Below are positions 25,694-38,774 of a DNA stretch of 64,000 nt, in pieces. A program made the translations under genes and the position numbers. Location: the NCBI RefSeq assembly GCF_006345805.1, contig NC_042999.1, positions 48,050,001 through 48,114,000 on the forward strand, in the 5' to 3' direction. The first letter of the stretch is position 1. Every line of letters begins with the position of its first letter. The stretch is from Octopus sinensis. Lineage: Eukaryota. Below the pieces are notes generated by a model, which saw only the letters and a list, made by a program, of their open reading frames with translations, made no database searches and had not been told where the DNA came from.

Positions 25694-26666
25694 TTACGTA
25701 CATATATATAGAAACATACATGCATGTGTATGTATGCATACATATATTTGTATGTATTTGTGTGTGTCTATGTTTGTCTCTCTACTTCTACACAATATGT
25801 ATAGTTTTGTTTACGACCACATCAACATAGCGGTAGAGCGAAATAGATCGATAGAAACGAGCATTGAGGATGACATTTATAGAATAAAACATTGAAACCT
25901 GTAACCCAACATGCCCACATTTCTACCTGTAAACATTTAAGAGATAAAAGCCATAACGTATGCAAATATATCAGTCCACTTGAAGATATATAGCTGCCCC
26001 GACGATTACGACCAAGCCTGTTGCAAATGCACAACAGCTACAAAACAAATGTGAAACTAAAGTCGGGATTATATATTACCTCACTATTGTTTATGTTCAA
26101 TACCTATCATTTTCAGAGGAATCTGTAATCCTATAAGCGTTTTCGAATTTTAACGCAATATTATAATCACCATAAAAAGATATCTCCCTATTAACGGGAT
26201 GTATTTATATACATTTATAGATTCAATACTTAAGTAAAGTATCTCTGCTGCCATAAATTTATACATTGCTCCTCTGAAGCTAAATATTTTACATATGTAA
26301 AACGCTGTAAAATATTCTAGAATATTTTTAAGAAAAATTGTCTCATAACATTAAAAATAATTTCGTGATATATGTGACGCCAACGAATTAAAGTTAGACA
26401 GTATAATCAAACGGTTTATTTCATGTTATTTAAAACATATCGCCATAAACATATCTGCTTTATAATCAATTTTTAAATTACATAGACAAAGGTATAGTAA
26501 ATTGTACATGGATAATATATATAATATATATACATATATGCCACAATATTCATACTTCATGGCATAGCGAATGTTTTTGTATAATTCTTTAATATTTTTA
26601 TACATACTACAAAATAAACCTTCATATATCTATATACAGCCATACATATATTCATGCATACACACA

Positions 26667-26720
<54 letters not shown>

Positions 26721-26817
26721 TATATATACATATATACATACGTGTGTGTGTTTGTTTCTGTGTACATGTGTATGCATAGACATATATATAATATACATAC
26801 ATATATGTGTGCGCGTT

Positions 26818-26886
<69 letters not shown>

Positions 26887-27510
26887 GAGCATCTACTCAT
26901 ATTTATATCACTCAGCATTTTATTAATGCTAATACCATTACGTGTATTCATGGTTCAATGGAATTCTTTATAGGTAAAGTCTTCGAATAATCCCATTTAA
27001 TTCCAGGAGCATATATGAGTACTTTCATATTCGTGTCTAAATATGCGCATGCATCTGTATAACCTTCTGATATTCACTATGAACAACAATATGGAAGTAT
27101 TCACACGTAAAAGTGATTGAAATCACGACTCTATTGTTCCCATCTAAGAAATATTGCTACTTCAAAAATATGAATATTGTAAAATATGCAGTCATATCAT
27201 TCATTTTCCGTGAGCCGTAGAACTGTAATTTAGGTATGTTCTACAAACCACATGATTACATGCTGCTATGAGTTGAGAATTCATTTTCAAGACTGAATTA
27301 TTTGCATTGGTTTTATAACACACGAATCACAAGACATTTTATTAACATTATAACCTTTGGCATTTTTTAAAACTCTTACGTAGGAAGACATAATGGATGT
27401 TTCTCTCCTTAAGGTTCCCGATGCATGGTGAAATGTCATTATTGCTTTAAAAGTAGATTTCGCGGCGAGTTGGAAAACGAATGCTTTTATGATAGTAAGA
27501 CATAAAATTA

Positions 27511-27720
27511 TTGGTTTCAAATTCCGGTAGATGACCGGTAGTTTTGGGTGATAGGGGCAAGTTGATCACAGCAACCTCGGTCCTCAGCTTATACTTTAAT
27601 TATGAACGAAGCAAAGTTAAATTGTAAAGTCGACTTCGGTTGACCTCACAACATAAAGATGGACGAAGTTCTGCTAAGCATTTCGTCTAGCGTGTTATTC
27701 ATTTTGCCAGCTTCCTAGCT
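27511..27720 (-). mobile_element. Diverged family-A-like SINE with an alternative tail
   Basis: Reverse complement shows the gctggcaaaatg...gacgaaatgcttagc head, the gtcgactttac domain and a ...tttgaaaccaa tail. Confidence 0.6.
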
Positions 27721-27749
27721 TGATGGTGCACAAAATTATTGTCTATAAA

Positions 27750-28143
27750 TCTTTATATATAAAAGTGAGGTTGTGTGCTATCTCTCTCCTACGATTTAGA
27801 TTCCTAACTACTCCCACATTTTGCGGTGCAGTTTAGCCAAAGCCGGGTATCTTATAGTCGTGATTCATGTCGAGCCCTTGTGGGTATTAGCGCGCGTCTA
27901 CGAAGAGTCTACGATTTAAAAAAAAAATTACCATCAATTTTTCCCATTTTTAATGCATTTTTGGCATATATAAGGTGAGTAACTCTCTAAAAATTTATTA
28001 TTAAATCTCAGAACGTAAAAAGCTACAGTAACATCCCCCTTTGTGGTTAGCCATATTGAGATGGCTATTATACTTTACATCTCTAAAAATGCTTATATAG
28101 TTATTTCCTTACAAATACGAGCAACGCCGGGCGATACTGCTAG
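27750..28143 (+). mobile_element. Non-autonomous Helitron, 394 bp
   Basis: Starts a|TCtttatatataaaag and ends gagcaacgccgggcgatactgCTAG|t. It is inserted between A and T with no TSD. Confidence 0.75.
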
Positions 28144-29499
28144 TTGAATATAAATTTTATAAGACGTGAAAATTTTAACTGTTTCTGAGTGAAATACATC
28201 GTTAAATATGTAATTTTTTAAGGGCAACTTTTCATATTTACCCGATTAAAATTTCTTTTATAGCAAGAGTTAACTTGATTAAAATTCTTATTATTCTTTG
28301 TTGTCATTTTAGCTATTTTCAAACGTTTAGTTCTTCGTACGATCTAACATGCAGAATAAATTAATTTAACAGTAAGTCTGTTCTAGATAATATAACACCT
28401 ATGTAGTGTCGGATATCTCATGAGGAAAAAAAACACTCTTCTATTAGAGTAGCTTCTTCCATATGAATCTCGATTGAAACATGTAATATTACTAAGGTTC
28501 GCTTTCCAAAATATAATTTCGTATTTGATACAATCCAACTTCTGAAAATATTGTTTCTTTATAAATCTAAAACCTTGTTGGCTGGCATACAAGTGAAACT
28601 CAATGAAATATTTTTAAACAAATATATCTTATGGTAATGTTATTACCAGTCAGAATATGCCTGAGGCACTTTCGCACTGGTGAACAAGCTATTCACTACG
28701 TTTTCTCACGGAAAATATATCCAGATTGCTGACAAATGGTGTATATACTCCTATAACAGCTCAGAGCGCCACCTACCCAGACCGTGAGTTACAAGCAGTT
28801 CAGAGTAGATATCTCCTCTTCGGTTACTGCCAACAGGCTGGCGGCGCTGTGAGCTGATTGAAGAGATCGATTCTCTTATGCGTTTCCAGTTTCCATATTA
28901 TTTCTTAATATTATTTGTAAATTTCGAACGTATTGGCATTTTAAATCTTGTTAGATTAGGAAATTGCATTACATGTACATGCACACGTATACATATATAT
29001 ATATATACATATGTAGATAATTAGATGTATAATTACATGGTTTTATATGTATATATGTGTGTGCGTGTGTGTGGAGAGAGAGAGAGAGAGAGAGAGAGTA
29101 AAAGAGAGGGAGAGAGAAAGAAAAAGAGGCAGAGAGAAATTGATTGAGAAAAAGAAACATCTACAGGTAACAAGAACCTGTTTTGAGACGGAGAACATTA
29201 AGTAAATTATTAAACAATAGGAAACAATATTAAAAACGAAATATATACAAGATATCACACAATATACACACACATATCACAAATTCACTGTGTCATTTAT
29301 ATTAGATGCAGTGAAACTTATCCTTGAAAATAATACATTCTTTTTAAATGGAAAGAGTTACATCCAAGTTAGAGTTACATCGATAGGAGCAAGATATGCT
29401 CCCGTTTATACGAACACCGTAATGGGATACGAAGTAAAGTGACTCTATCAAAGTGTAAAAGTAAAACTACGACACTGAATTTAGAAGATATCGTTTTTT

Positions 29500-29727
29500 T
29501 TCTTTTTTAATTGTTTCCGTCATGTGACTGCGGCCATGCTGGAGCACCGCCTTTTATCGAGCAACTCGACCCCGGGACTTATTCTTTGTAAGCTCTGTAC
29601 TTATTCTATCAGTATATTTTACCGAACCGCTAAATGACGGGGAAATAAACACACAAGCATCGGTTGTCAAGCAATGCTAGGGGGACAAACACAGACACAC
29701 AAACATACACGCGCGCGCACACACACA

Positions 29728-29785
<58 letters not shown>

Positions 29786-29787
29786 AT

Positions 29788-29834
<47 letters not shown>

Positions 29835-30001
29835 TACACAACGGGCTTCTTTGAATTTCCGTCTACAAAATCCACTCACAAGGCTTTGGTCAGCCCGAGG
29901 CTATAGTAGAAGACACTTGTCCAAGGTGCCACGCAGTGGGAGTGAACCCGGAACCATGTGGTTGGTAAACGAGCTACTTACCATACAGCCACTCCTGCGC
30001 C
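29500..30001 (-). mobile_element. SINE family B with an expanded internal (TA)n/(TATC)n tract
   Basis: Reverse-complement colinear with the 23573 copy. Confidence 0.85.
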
Positions 30002-30013
30002 TATATATATGGA

Positions 30014-30760
30014 AGATTCATGGAAGAGAAACTTGACGATTGCTTCATAATCTGGACAAAGTCTCTAGATACGCCAGAAGAATTCAAAGAATTTCTACTC
30101 AAACAAAAATACCTGTCTCTATTTATAGAAAATGGTGTACAGCGTGCTGTAGAAATACATATACAGCAACGTGGGGCAACCAGCAAAAGAGAAAAAGAAG
30201 AACAGGAGGAAATATATTTAGCATTGCCAAAGCAAGCTTACAGATAATTCCTCGAAGGAATGCATTAAAGTATATAATCAAGGACCGGGCTATGATTCTA
30301 AGTAAAAGAGAGCCGAAGAATTTGAATGAATTATTAATAACAGCAAAGTTCGATCTGATCAACAATAAGTTATCATTCGTTGAATCTATATGTAATGATA
30401 GTCGACGCAATACATGTCAGTTTATACATACCGGTCAATATATGAATACAGATACCGGAAGAATATTTACAAATGGAAATAAGAGTTGCAAACACGGAAA
30501 TTTAAGGTACTGCATCAAATGCCTGAACTGCGAAGAGATATGTGTTGGTCAGACTGGTAATGCTTTATCGGAACGTTCCAGTGTGCACTGACAGCAAATT
30601 ATGGGCCCGGATATCTGTCAGAAAACTTTCAGCAACCATCTGGAAACCTGCAGACAGAGAAACTTTATAATATTCCCCATCTACAAACTACACAACTCAG
30701 TGTGATATTGTGAGAAAAGTTAAGAGAAACGAATTACATTGATAAATACAAATCTGTTCG
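30014..30760 (+). mobile_element. Internally deleted Penelope-like element (RT fragment plus GIY-YIG)
   Basis: LDDCFIIWTKS (RT motif), SKREPKNLNELLITAKF linker and NLRYCIKCLNCEEICVGQTGNALSERSSVH (GIY-YIG), with stops and frameshifts. Confidence 0.8.
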
Positions 30761-30787
30761 AAATGGGTGGTTATGGTAACGGTGATA

Positions 30788-30858
<71 letters not shown>

Positions 30859-30969
30859 GGATGCTGCAACATACTGCTACTGCTATAGCTACTATCGCAA
30901 CCACTAACGGTTGACAACAACAAAAACAACAACAGCAACAACAACAACAACAGCAACAACAACAACAAC

Positions 30970-31033
<64 letters not shown>

Positions 31034-31195
31034 GTGATTGGAGGATCTTACTAATGTTGACCAAATAGACATTGATTCGGTTGAAATGTAAAAAAAATTA
31101 GAATAACAAAATAATTCAATGAAAAAATGAATGTTTTTACAACATTCCAAAATATATACAATACATTCATTTAGGTGCTGTCAAAGTTAAAAGTT

Positions 31196-31330
31196 CCTTG
31201 GCGTGCTCACCAAATTCTGACGTCTAAGTCACATACTGATTGGTCGAAATACAATTAGGACCTACTTGGCGCGCACACCAAACCGTGACATCTAAACCAC
31301 AGTATGATTGGTCAAAATAACACATTCTGT
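31196..31330. repeat. Two diverged 68-bp tandem units, each with a GATTGG (CCAAT-box-like) motif
   Basis: cttggcgtgctcaccaaa...tgattggtcgaaat at 31197 and cttggcgcgcacaccaaa...tgattggtcaaaat at 31265. Confidence 0.7.
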
Positions 31331-31653
31331 TTGTAAGATTCAGCCTGCTTCAGCCCCCCCCCCATCGGAGGGTATTTAAAGTATAATTCCAACCTCTTTA
31401 CCGTACTTGTTATTTGTGGAACAAGACTGTCGCTACATAAACCTGATTATTGCGTAACGCATGAATATACGTGTTTATTTCAATACTGTAAAGTTGTAAC
31501 ATTGTGTAAGTATGCAGATAATTAAACGTGAAGATCTGACTGGAATTTCATTAATTAATATATTCTTCTATAGACAATCATACAAACTCGGATATATAAA
31601 GACACACAGACAGACATATAGACAAACACACACATATACACACACATATTTAT

Positions 31654-31699
<46 letters not shown>

Positions 31700-32766
31700 G
31701 TTTGTATATATATATGTATATATAAATATATATATATATGTATATATAAAAATATATATAGGTATATATATATATATATATATATACATACATACATACA
31801 TGCATACACACACACTCTCACACATGCACACACACACACCTATATATACACATACATACATATATATATACATATATCTATATTTGCAAACATATGTGTG
31901 TCCGATTGTGTGTTTTTGTTCTTATTTATGTGTATGTTTTTATGTTTGTGTGTGTGCGTGTGTGAGTACTTCTGTGCAAATCGTAAGCTCTTCGTTTCGC
32001 TGCTTTTATATTAACTTCTCATTACTTGATAAAAATAGCGTAACTTGGATGACTTTTCTCCCAAGTGGTATCTCTATCTTTAGTAAATGTGATATTTTCG
32101 AAGTTTTATTTAAACAGCGTTAACATCGCAGTTTCATTGACAGCTACATTCCAAAGTACTCCATCCTGCAAGGCAGTGAGTTGAAATACATATGAAGAAG
32201 TAAATGACCAAAAACAAAATGAAGATGAATAATGACATTGCAGAGAAAAAGGATTTTAATTTATGTCAAACTCCAAAACCCTTTTGAATTAAATCCAGAA
32301 TATTTTCAAAGATATTGAAGGCATACACATACGAAATGAAATGTTAAGCAGACTTTTATTTCCCGATTAAGAAATGTGAATATGTGTTATTATACGAAAG
32401 TCACTGATATAGTAATTAAAGTACTTGATAAGCAATTGATATAGGAATTACACCGGAGAAATACCATATACTGTATATAGACAAAGAAATGTAATTTATA
32501 AAAACATCATTTATTGTTCTCGGTGTTTTGAGGACTTTGAATCAGTATAAGAAATACATTTGCTCGTTCTAACATTGTAAGTCAATGTTACTAGCAATAC
32601 TCTTATATTGAGACTCAGTCATTCGCTAATTCTCAAAAAATCATAGAACTGTGAACTACCAGATTCAATCGTTGTAAATATTTATGACGGTATTCAAGGA
32701 AAAACTTGTTTAAATATTCATATAAGTGTATGTGTATTTATTATGTACAAGAATGTAGAAATATGT

Positions 32767-33014
32767 GGAGGCGCTTGTCTTGTGGTTAAGGTGTCAGCAT
32801 CATGATCGTAAGATTGTGGTTTGGATTCCTCTACCGGACGACGCGTTGTGTTCTTGAGCAAAACACGTCATTTCGCGTTGCTCCAGTCCACTCAGCTAGT
32901 AAGAATGAGTAACGCTGCGATGGACTGGCGTCTCATCCAGCTGCGGAACACATACGCCAGTGAAATCGGGAAACCGGGCCCATGAGCCTGGCTAGGCTTT
33001 ACAAAGGGCGCATG
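32767..33014 (+). mobile_element. tRNA-derived SINE, family D
   Basis: tRNA-like head tgtggttaaggtgtcagc...gtttggattcc, a gttgctccagtccactcagct segment (shared with the 50235 copy) and gcgatggactggcgtctcatccag. Confidence 0.7.
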
Positions 33015-33699
33015 CATTTTTATTTTTATGTAGAAATACAGGTAAATTGTCATGCCAGATAAAATCCTAACACAAGAACTGAAAATACATACAGTCAGCT
33101 TTGCAATATGTACAGCACAACATGATGTAGCGAGTGGCAATTTCCTAAATATTGCAATATTGTTTTCGCACCAAAATGTTGTGGAATTGAAAGCTTCTGG
33201 CAGGACAGTTTCTAATTTTTCAAGTATTTCAAGTAGGAAATATAACATTGTGAACGATAGAATGCTATAAGAACACGGCAATGCATTTGCCGATTTCGAA
33301 ACATTATTTATGATGATCACGGGAAAAATAAATGAGAATCACCGCCCAAAATATTCGAGCTCGGTAGTAAACTATCAGAACTGAGGTGTACGAGGATATT
33401 CGATAGAAATTGTATGTATTGTGGAGAAGTCATCCATGGCAAGCAGTTACTTAAGGATAAAAGTCATGAAGAAATCAGCATGCTTTGACTTTTCTGAGAT
33501 GAAAATAAACGTATAAGACAAAAAATCTAAGAAAATAATAATTTCTGCTATAGACAAAAGGCCTAACGTCTTAGGGCGCGTGGGATGAAATACAAAGTCG
33601 CCCTCGGTTGAATTTGAACTCAGAATATAAAGACAAACAAAATACTGCAATGGATTTCGCCCAGAGTGCTAACAGTTGTGTCGGATCTCAGCCTAAAGA

Positions 33700-34250
33700 T
33701 CTAATAAAGATAATGAGAGATGATTTATTGCAGAAACCTCTGATGTACGCAGAATAAGGACAGGTAGTTTCCAGCCTTTCGGGTTGGTTTTGTAGTGGTG
33801 CATAACGAAGGCATGCTACCTCACATCCTTCAACATGACCTTACATTTGCTATTCATAAATTCTACGAGGTTGTGCAGATAGCTGTTATGAGCTCGATGA
33901 AAAAAGGACCCATAAAGTCGCATAACCTATTTCAACAAAATTCAGCACCTCCTCACAATCTGCAGATAACCCAAGAATACATATATATCAGACAATATGT
34001 AGGATTATGAAACATCAAACGTAGTAGCGGTAAACTCACCAGATAAAAATCTCATACTTTACTACTTTGGGAGATTTTTTGAACAAGAGGTTAATCAATA
34101 ACCTCAGAATGGCATAGCCTCACTGAAGCTTCCCACACAACTATTTTTTACTTGTAACGTCCAAAATGAAGAAGAAACATTTAGTGCAGGCATCTAAATG
34201 ACTCCGCTCCAATATTGCAGCCATCTTTATAAGCCGATGCGAATTCATAA
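33700..34250 (+). mobile_element. Degraded Tc1/mariner-superfamily (maT/DD37D-like) transposase fragment
   Basis: AETSDVRRIRTG.F, VHNEGMLPH, LFQQNSAPPHN and a NSPDKNL-like remnant are in the expected order for the DDD catalytic region. Confidence 0.6.
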
Positions 34251-34327
34251 AACAATCTCTAAAAAACATTATTAAAATACATTTGAACTTTACCGGCTCA
34301 GAATATTTTTTTAAAATTTACCATGCC

Positions 34328-34707
34328 GTGGGAGTGGTTGTGTGGTAAGTAGCTTGCTTACGAACCACATGGTTCTGGGTTCAGTCCCACTGCGTGGCAC
34401 CTTGGGCAAGTGTCTTCTACTATAGCCTCGGGTCAGCTAAATACTTATGAGTAGATTTGGAAAGAAGCCCGTCGTATATATGTATACATATATGCATATG
34501 TGTGTATACGTTTGTGTGTCTGTGCCCCCCACATCGCATGACAACCGATGTTGGCGTGTTTACTTAGCGGTACGGCAAAAAGACCGATAGAACAAGTACC
34601 GGGCTTACTAAGAATAAGCCTTGGGTGTCAATTCGCTTGACTAAAGACGGTGCTCCAGCATGGCCACCGTCAAATGACAGAAACAAGTAATAGAGTAAAG
34701 AGAAAGT
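34328..34707 (+). mobile_element. SINE family B copy
   Basis: Colinear with the 23573 copy, with a small internal deletion. Confidence 0.85.
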
Positions 34708-34748
34708 ATGTTCTGAAAGATCTCTTGCATATTCTCCCAGTGTGTTAT

Positions 34749-34846
<98 letters not shown>

Positions 34847-35082
34847 GTTAATGTAGGATTAAATTTTTTCGAAAAAAAATTTTTTCAATGGCCAGCATGT
34901 TAAAAAAATATCTTTAAAGGTTAAAATTATAAACAAATTATAAATAAGGGCAAACGAAACAATTTCTAACGCCAAATATGCCGAAAATTGGACATATTGT
35001 CCATTACCATATAATTTTTCACAATACGCACGCTACTCGAGAAAAAGCCGACAGAAATTACTAAAAAATTCCATTATTACCA

Positions 35083-35135
35083 TATCGGACCGATTTCAGG
35101 GTTAGTTCGTAAGAAAACTCTCTTCGTCAGTGATA
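35083..35135 (-). ncRNA. Type-I hammerhead ribozyme, decayed copy
   Basis: UAUCA-CUGACGA-AGAGAGUUUUC-UUAC-GAACUAACCCU-GAAAUCGGUC-CGAUA. The core is intact, but helix II pairs poorly and there is a mismatch at the base of helix I. Confidence 0.6.
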
Positions 35136-35154
35136 AATTTCTGTACCACATTTC

Positions 35155-35203
35155 TCACTGACGAAGGGAGGGTTCTTACGAACTAACTCTGAAATCGGTC
35201 TGA
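35155..35203 (+). ncRNA. Type-I hammerhead ribozyme
   Basis: UCA-CUGACGA-AGGGAGGGUUC-UUAC-GAACUAACUCU-GAAAUCGGUC-UGA. Helix II is 4+5 bp and the triplet is GUC, with predicted cleavage after 35200. Confidence 0.72.
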
Positions 35204-35381
35204 TATGGTAATAATGGAATCTCTTAGAAATTTATGTCGGCTTTTTTCGAGTAGCGTGCGTATTATGAAAAATTATATGGTAATGGTCAACATGTCCAAT
35301 TTTCGGCATATTTGGCATTAGAAAATTTTTAGTGTGCCCCTATTTATAAGTTGTTTATATATATCTATATATCTATATATC

Positions 35382-35550
<169 letters not shown>

Positions 35551-35814
35551 GGAAAAAACGGCAAGAAAGGCAACACTGAAATAATTTTATAAAAAACATG
35601 TCATTACGAGTTTCAGTCATTGAAACTTTTTAAACTTTAACTATGGAAAAGAATTAAATTTTGGAAAAATTAAAGAAAAGTGTTTTTCAAAGAATATTTG
35701 CATAGTGTTCGAATACAAGTGGCATTTTCCTTGTTTCTGCCTGTCACTGTCTCTCTTGTTTACTCTTGTGGGTTCGAGGTCGTCGTGAATTCTTGGTAGG
35801 GTAGGAGAAGAAGA

Positions 35815-36050
35815 AGTAGGAGAAGAAGAAGAAGAAGGAGAAGAAGAAGCAGAAGAAGAAGCAGAAGAAGAAGAAGAAGAAGAACAACAACAACAACAAC
35901 AACAAGAATAAGAACAAGAACAAGAACAAGAAGAACAACAAGAAGAACAACAAGAAGAGGAAGAAGGAGGGAGAGAAGAAGAAGAAGAAGAAGAAGAAGA
36001 AGAAAAGAAGAAGAAGAAGAAGAAGAAGAAGAAGAAGAAGAAGAAGAAGA
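35815..36050. repeat. Compound (GAA)n/(CAA)n microsatellite, representative of dozens of SSR tracts in the window
   Basis: Directly visible. Other large tracts lie at about 10830-11115, 30790-31030, 38470-38770, 44030-44185, 45027-45146, 54460-54660 and 59085-59310. Confidence 0.95.
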
Positions 36051-36944
36051 ATGTGGAAGTGCCATGAGAGTAGTATGTTAAATGGTCAACTGTCTGCTGT
36101 GGATGGTAGTAGAATGATCAAGTAACACAAACGCATACATATATGCCTGTATGGGTGCGTATGTTATTCTGTCTGTTTGTCTTTATGTGTGTATGTGTGC
36201 ATTTACGTATGTATATGTATGTATGGCTGTATGCATCTATATGCATATCTATCTAGCTATACCGCCCTATACATACGTTTTTACGTTTCTATATATGCCT
36301 GTGAGTGTTCATGCACATATGTACATATATTGCACAATGGTGGTTAGAAATGCTTTGTGACAGGTAAACATTTATTTCACATTGAATCGCCATATGCTAG
36401 AGTGTATGTCAGTATAAATTCACATTTAGATTACTCTTAAAGTTTGAATGGCAATTTGAATGCTAATGCATTTACATTAAAGACTGAAAGCAGGAAATTA
36501 TTTTTCCATGTAAATAGTAGGCCACAAATTAAAGTTTAAATGCATGCACATATTAGAAGATAATACATATTTTCCAAAGTTAGCATACACAGCAATGCAT
36601 TTTGTTTTGTATCATTCGTACTAAGCACACATAACCACGTACAATATGGGATGAATTAAGAATGCGTATTGTCCATAATAGAAATAAATCAATGTGTCTG
36701 ATTAAAAAAGCTGTTTTGCTCTGAACTATTTTGCTCGTAGATAACACGAAAAAAATTCGGTGTATGACATAAACATATTCTTTTATACCAAGAATAAAAA
36801 TTATTAAATGTTCTACGCTCATAAATACAAACACATACACACACATATATATTCACATATATATATATATAAATATATATAAATATATAAATAATATATA
36901 TATATATATTATATATATATTATATATATATATATTATATATAT

Positions 36945-36986
<42 letters not shown>

Positions 36987-37680
36987 TATATATACAGACA
37001 CACACACACACGCACACGCACACACACACACATATATATATATATGTGTGTGTATTTGTATGTGAATGTTTTGTGAGTGTTTGTATGATGTGAGCGTCTG
37101 TATAATGTGTGCATCTGTGTGAGGTTACGTAGTCGTTCTCTTCTCTATTTTTCTCATAGCCGCTGAAATTATTCGGACTTTATTTACTGCATACACTTTT
37201 AACCGATATCAATAACCCTTTAGTGCATTTTTTTTTATTATTCCGATTTTGTTTTTATTGTATACCAAATGTTTGTTTACACTTTTGAAATTGTTACTTT
37301 GTAAAGAAACAAATGCTATGATATAGCTATTGAGGCTTTCCTCTATTTGATTTTTTTTACTGCTTTGATTTAATGTTATTTAGTAACTTGTACATATATG
37401 TGTATGCGTGTGTATGTGATATAATTTAATGGATCTATATAAAGTTGATTGATTTACGTAAGCACATATGAAACAGCATTCATTGTAATATTATTTGATT
37501 ATTTATACTGGACTGCGCAATATGCAGAACTATACTGATATGAAACAAAACTGCCAATGAATATAACAAGATTTCAAAGGAGAAAAACAGTTATTCTATT
37601 TTCTTGCTTTTGTTGAACATGCCTTAAAAAATGGCGCTAGAAAAATTGCCATCGCAATACTGTACAAATATTCGTCTATA

Positions 37681-37736
<56 letters not shown>

Positions 37737-38468
37737 ATGTATGTAAGTATGTATATATATATGTTTGCGCATATGCATATATGTATGTATATGTGTGTAT
37801 ATATATATACATTATATATATACTTACATATATTTGAACCCAACCGTACGTACACATATATGTAAATATAGTGGTAACATATGCGCGTACAATATGTTTA
37901 CTATTAAAAACACGTAACTTTTGTATGCACGATTCAGTAGCTAAGATGCTGTGAACATATTTACATATTAGTAAAAACTATATATGTATTCAAAATTTTA
38001 TCTTTGTTTACAAACTATATAATTCAGTAAGTGCTTTATTTTCCAGTTTACACACATGTGCGTATGGGGATGAACAGAGAAATCCTAATGGTATATCTGT
38101 CAAGAACAGTGTTACTATAGCAGTATGAAAAAAGCAGTTTAAAAATTATATTTCTGCCCTTTATTATTTATTGACACATACTTTCTAAAGTTCTCGTCCG
38201 CACGGAAATGTTATAATTTATATAGCTGCCTATTTTCTAACCTTTCACTCGTAATTTTTCACAATTTCTCTTTTCCACATCCCATATGTATCTCCCGTTT
38301 TCCTTTCTTTAAGAGCTAATGTTTCAAATATTAAAGCACTGTGCCTTTGCATGAAAATGTTAAGCTAATTCTTTCCATGTCAAACTTTTATCTTTTTGTA
38401 TGTTCGTTGAATTTACCATACACGAGTACAAAACTACATTTACAAGCAAACCACAAGCTCACACACTC

Positions 38469-38582
<114 letters not shown>

Positions 38583-38650
38583 GTAGATAGGTAGGTAGAT
38601 AGGTAGATAGATAGATGGATAGATAGATATGTATATATATATATATGTAC

Positions 38651-38709
<59 letters not shown>

Positions 38710-38726
38710 TATAAATACATACATAT

Positions 38727-38774
<48 letters not shown>

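Larger units (their letters stand above)
34928..35359. mobile_element. Diverged inverted-repeat element (about 205-bp arms) carrying two opposed hammerheads, between (TA)n tracts
   Basis: The arms differ at about 20 of 206 positions by manual comparison. The central spacer is 11-21 nt, and the hammerhead cores start 10-20 nt from the centre. Confidence 0.8.

Noticed and set aside
33734-33763. Apparent 30-nt exon (ETSDVRRIRT)
   Set aside because: It is colinear with the maT/Tc1 transposase relic that continues on both sides.
34928-35359. Ordinary TA-flanked MITE interpretation
   Set aside because: Paired hammerhead cores near the centre favour an inverted PLE-type end; kept only as the alternative hypothesis.
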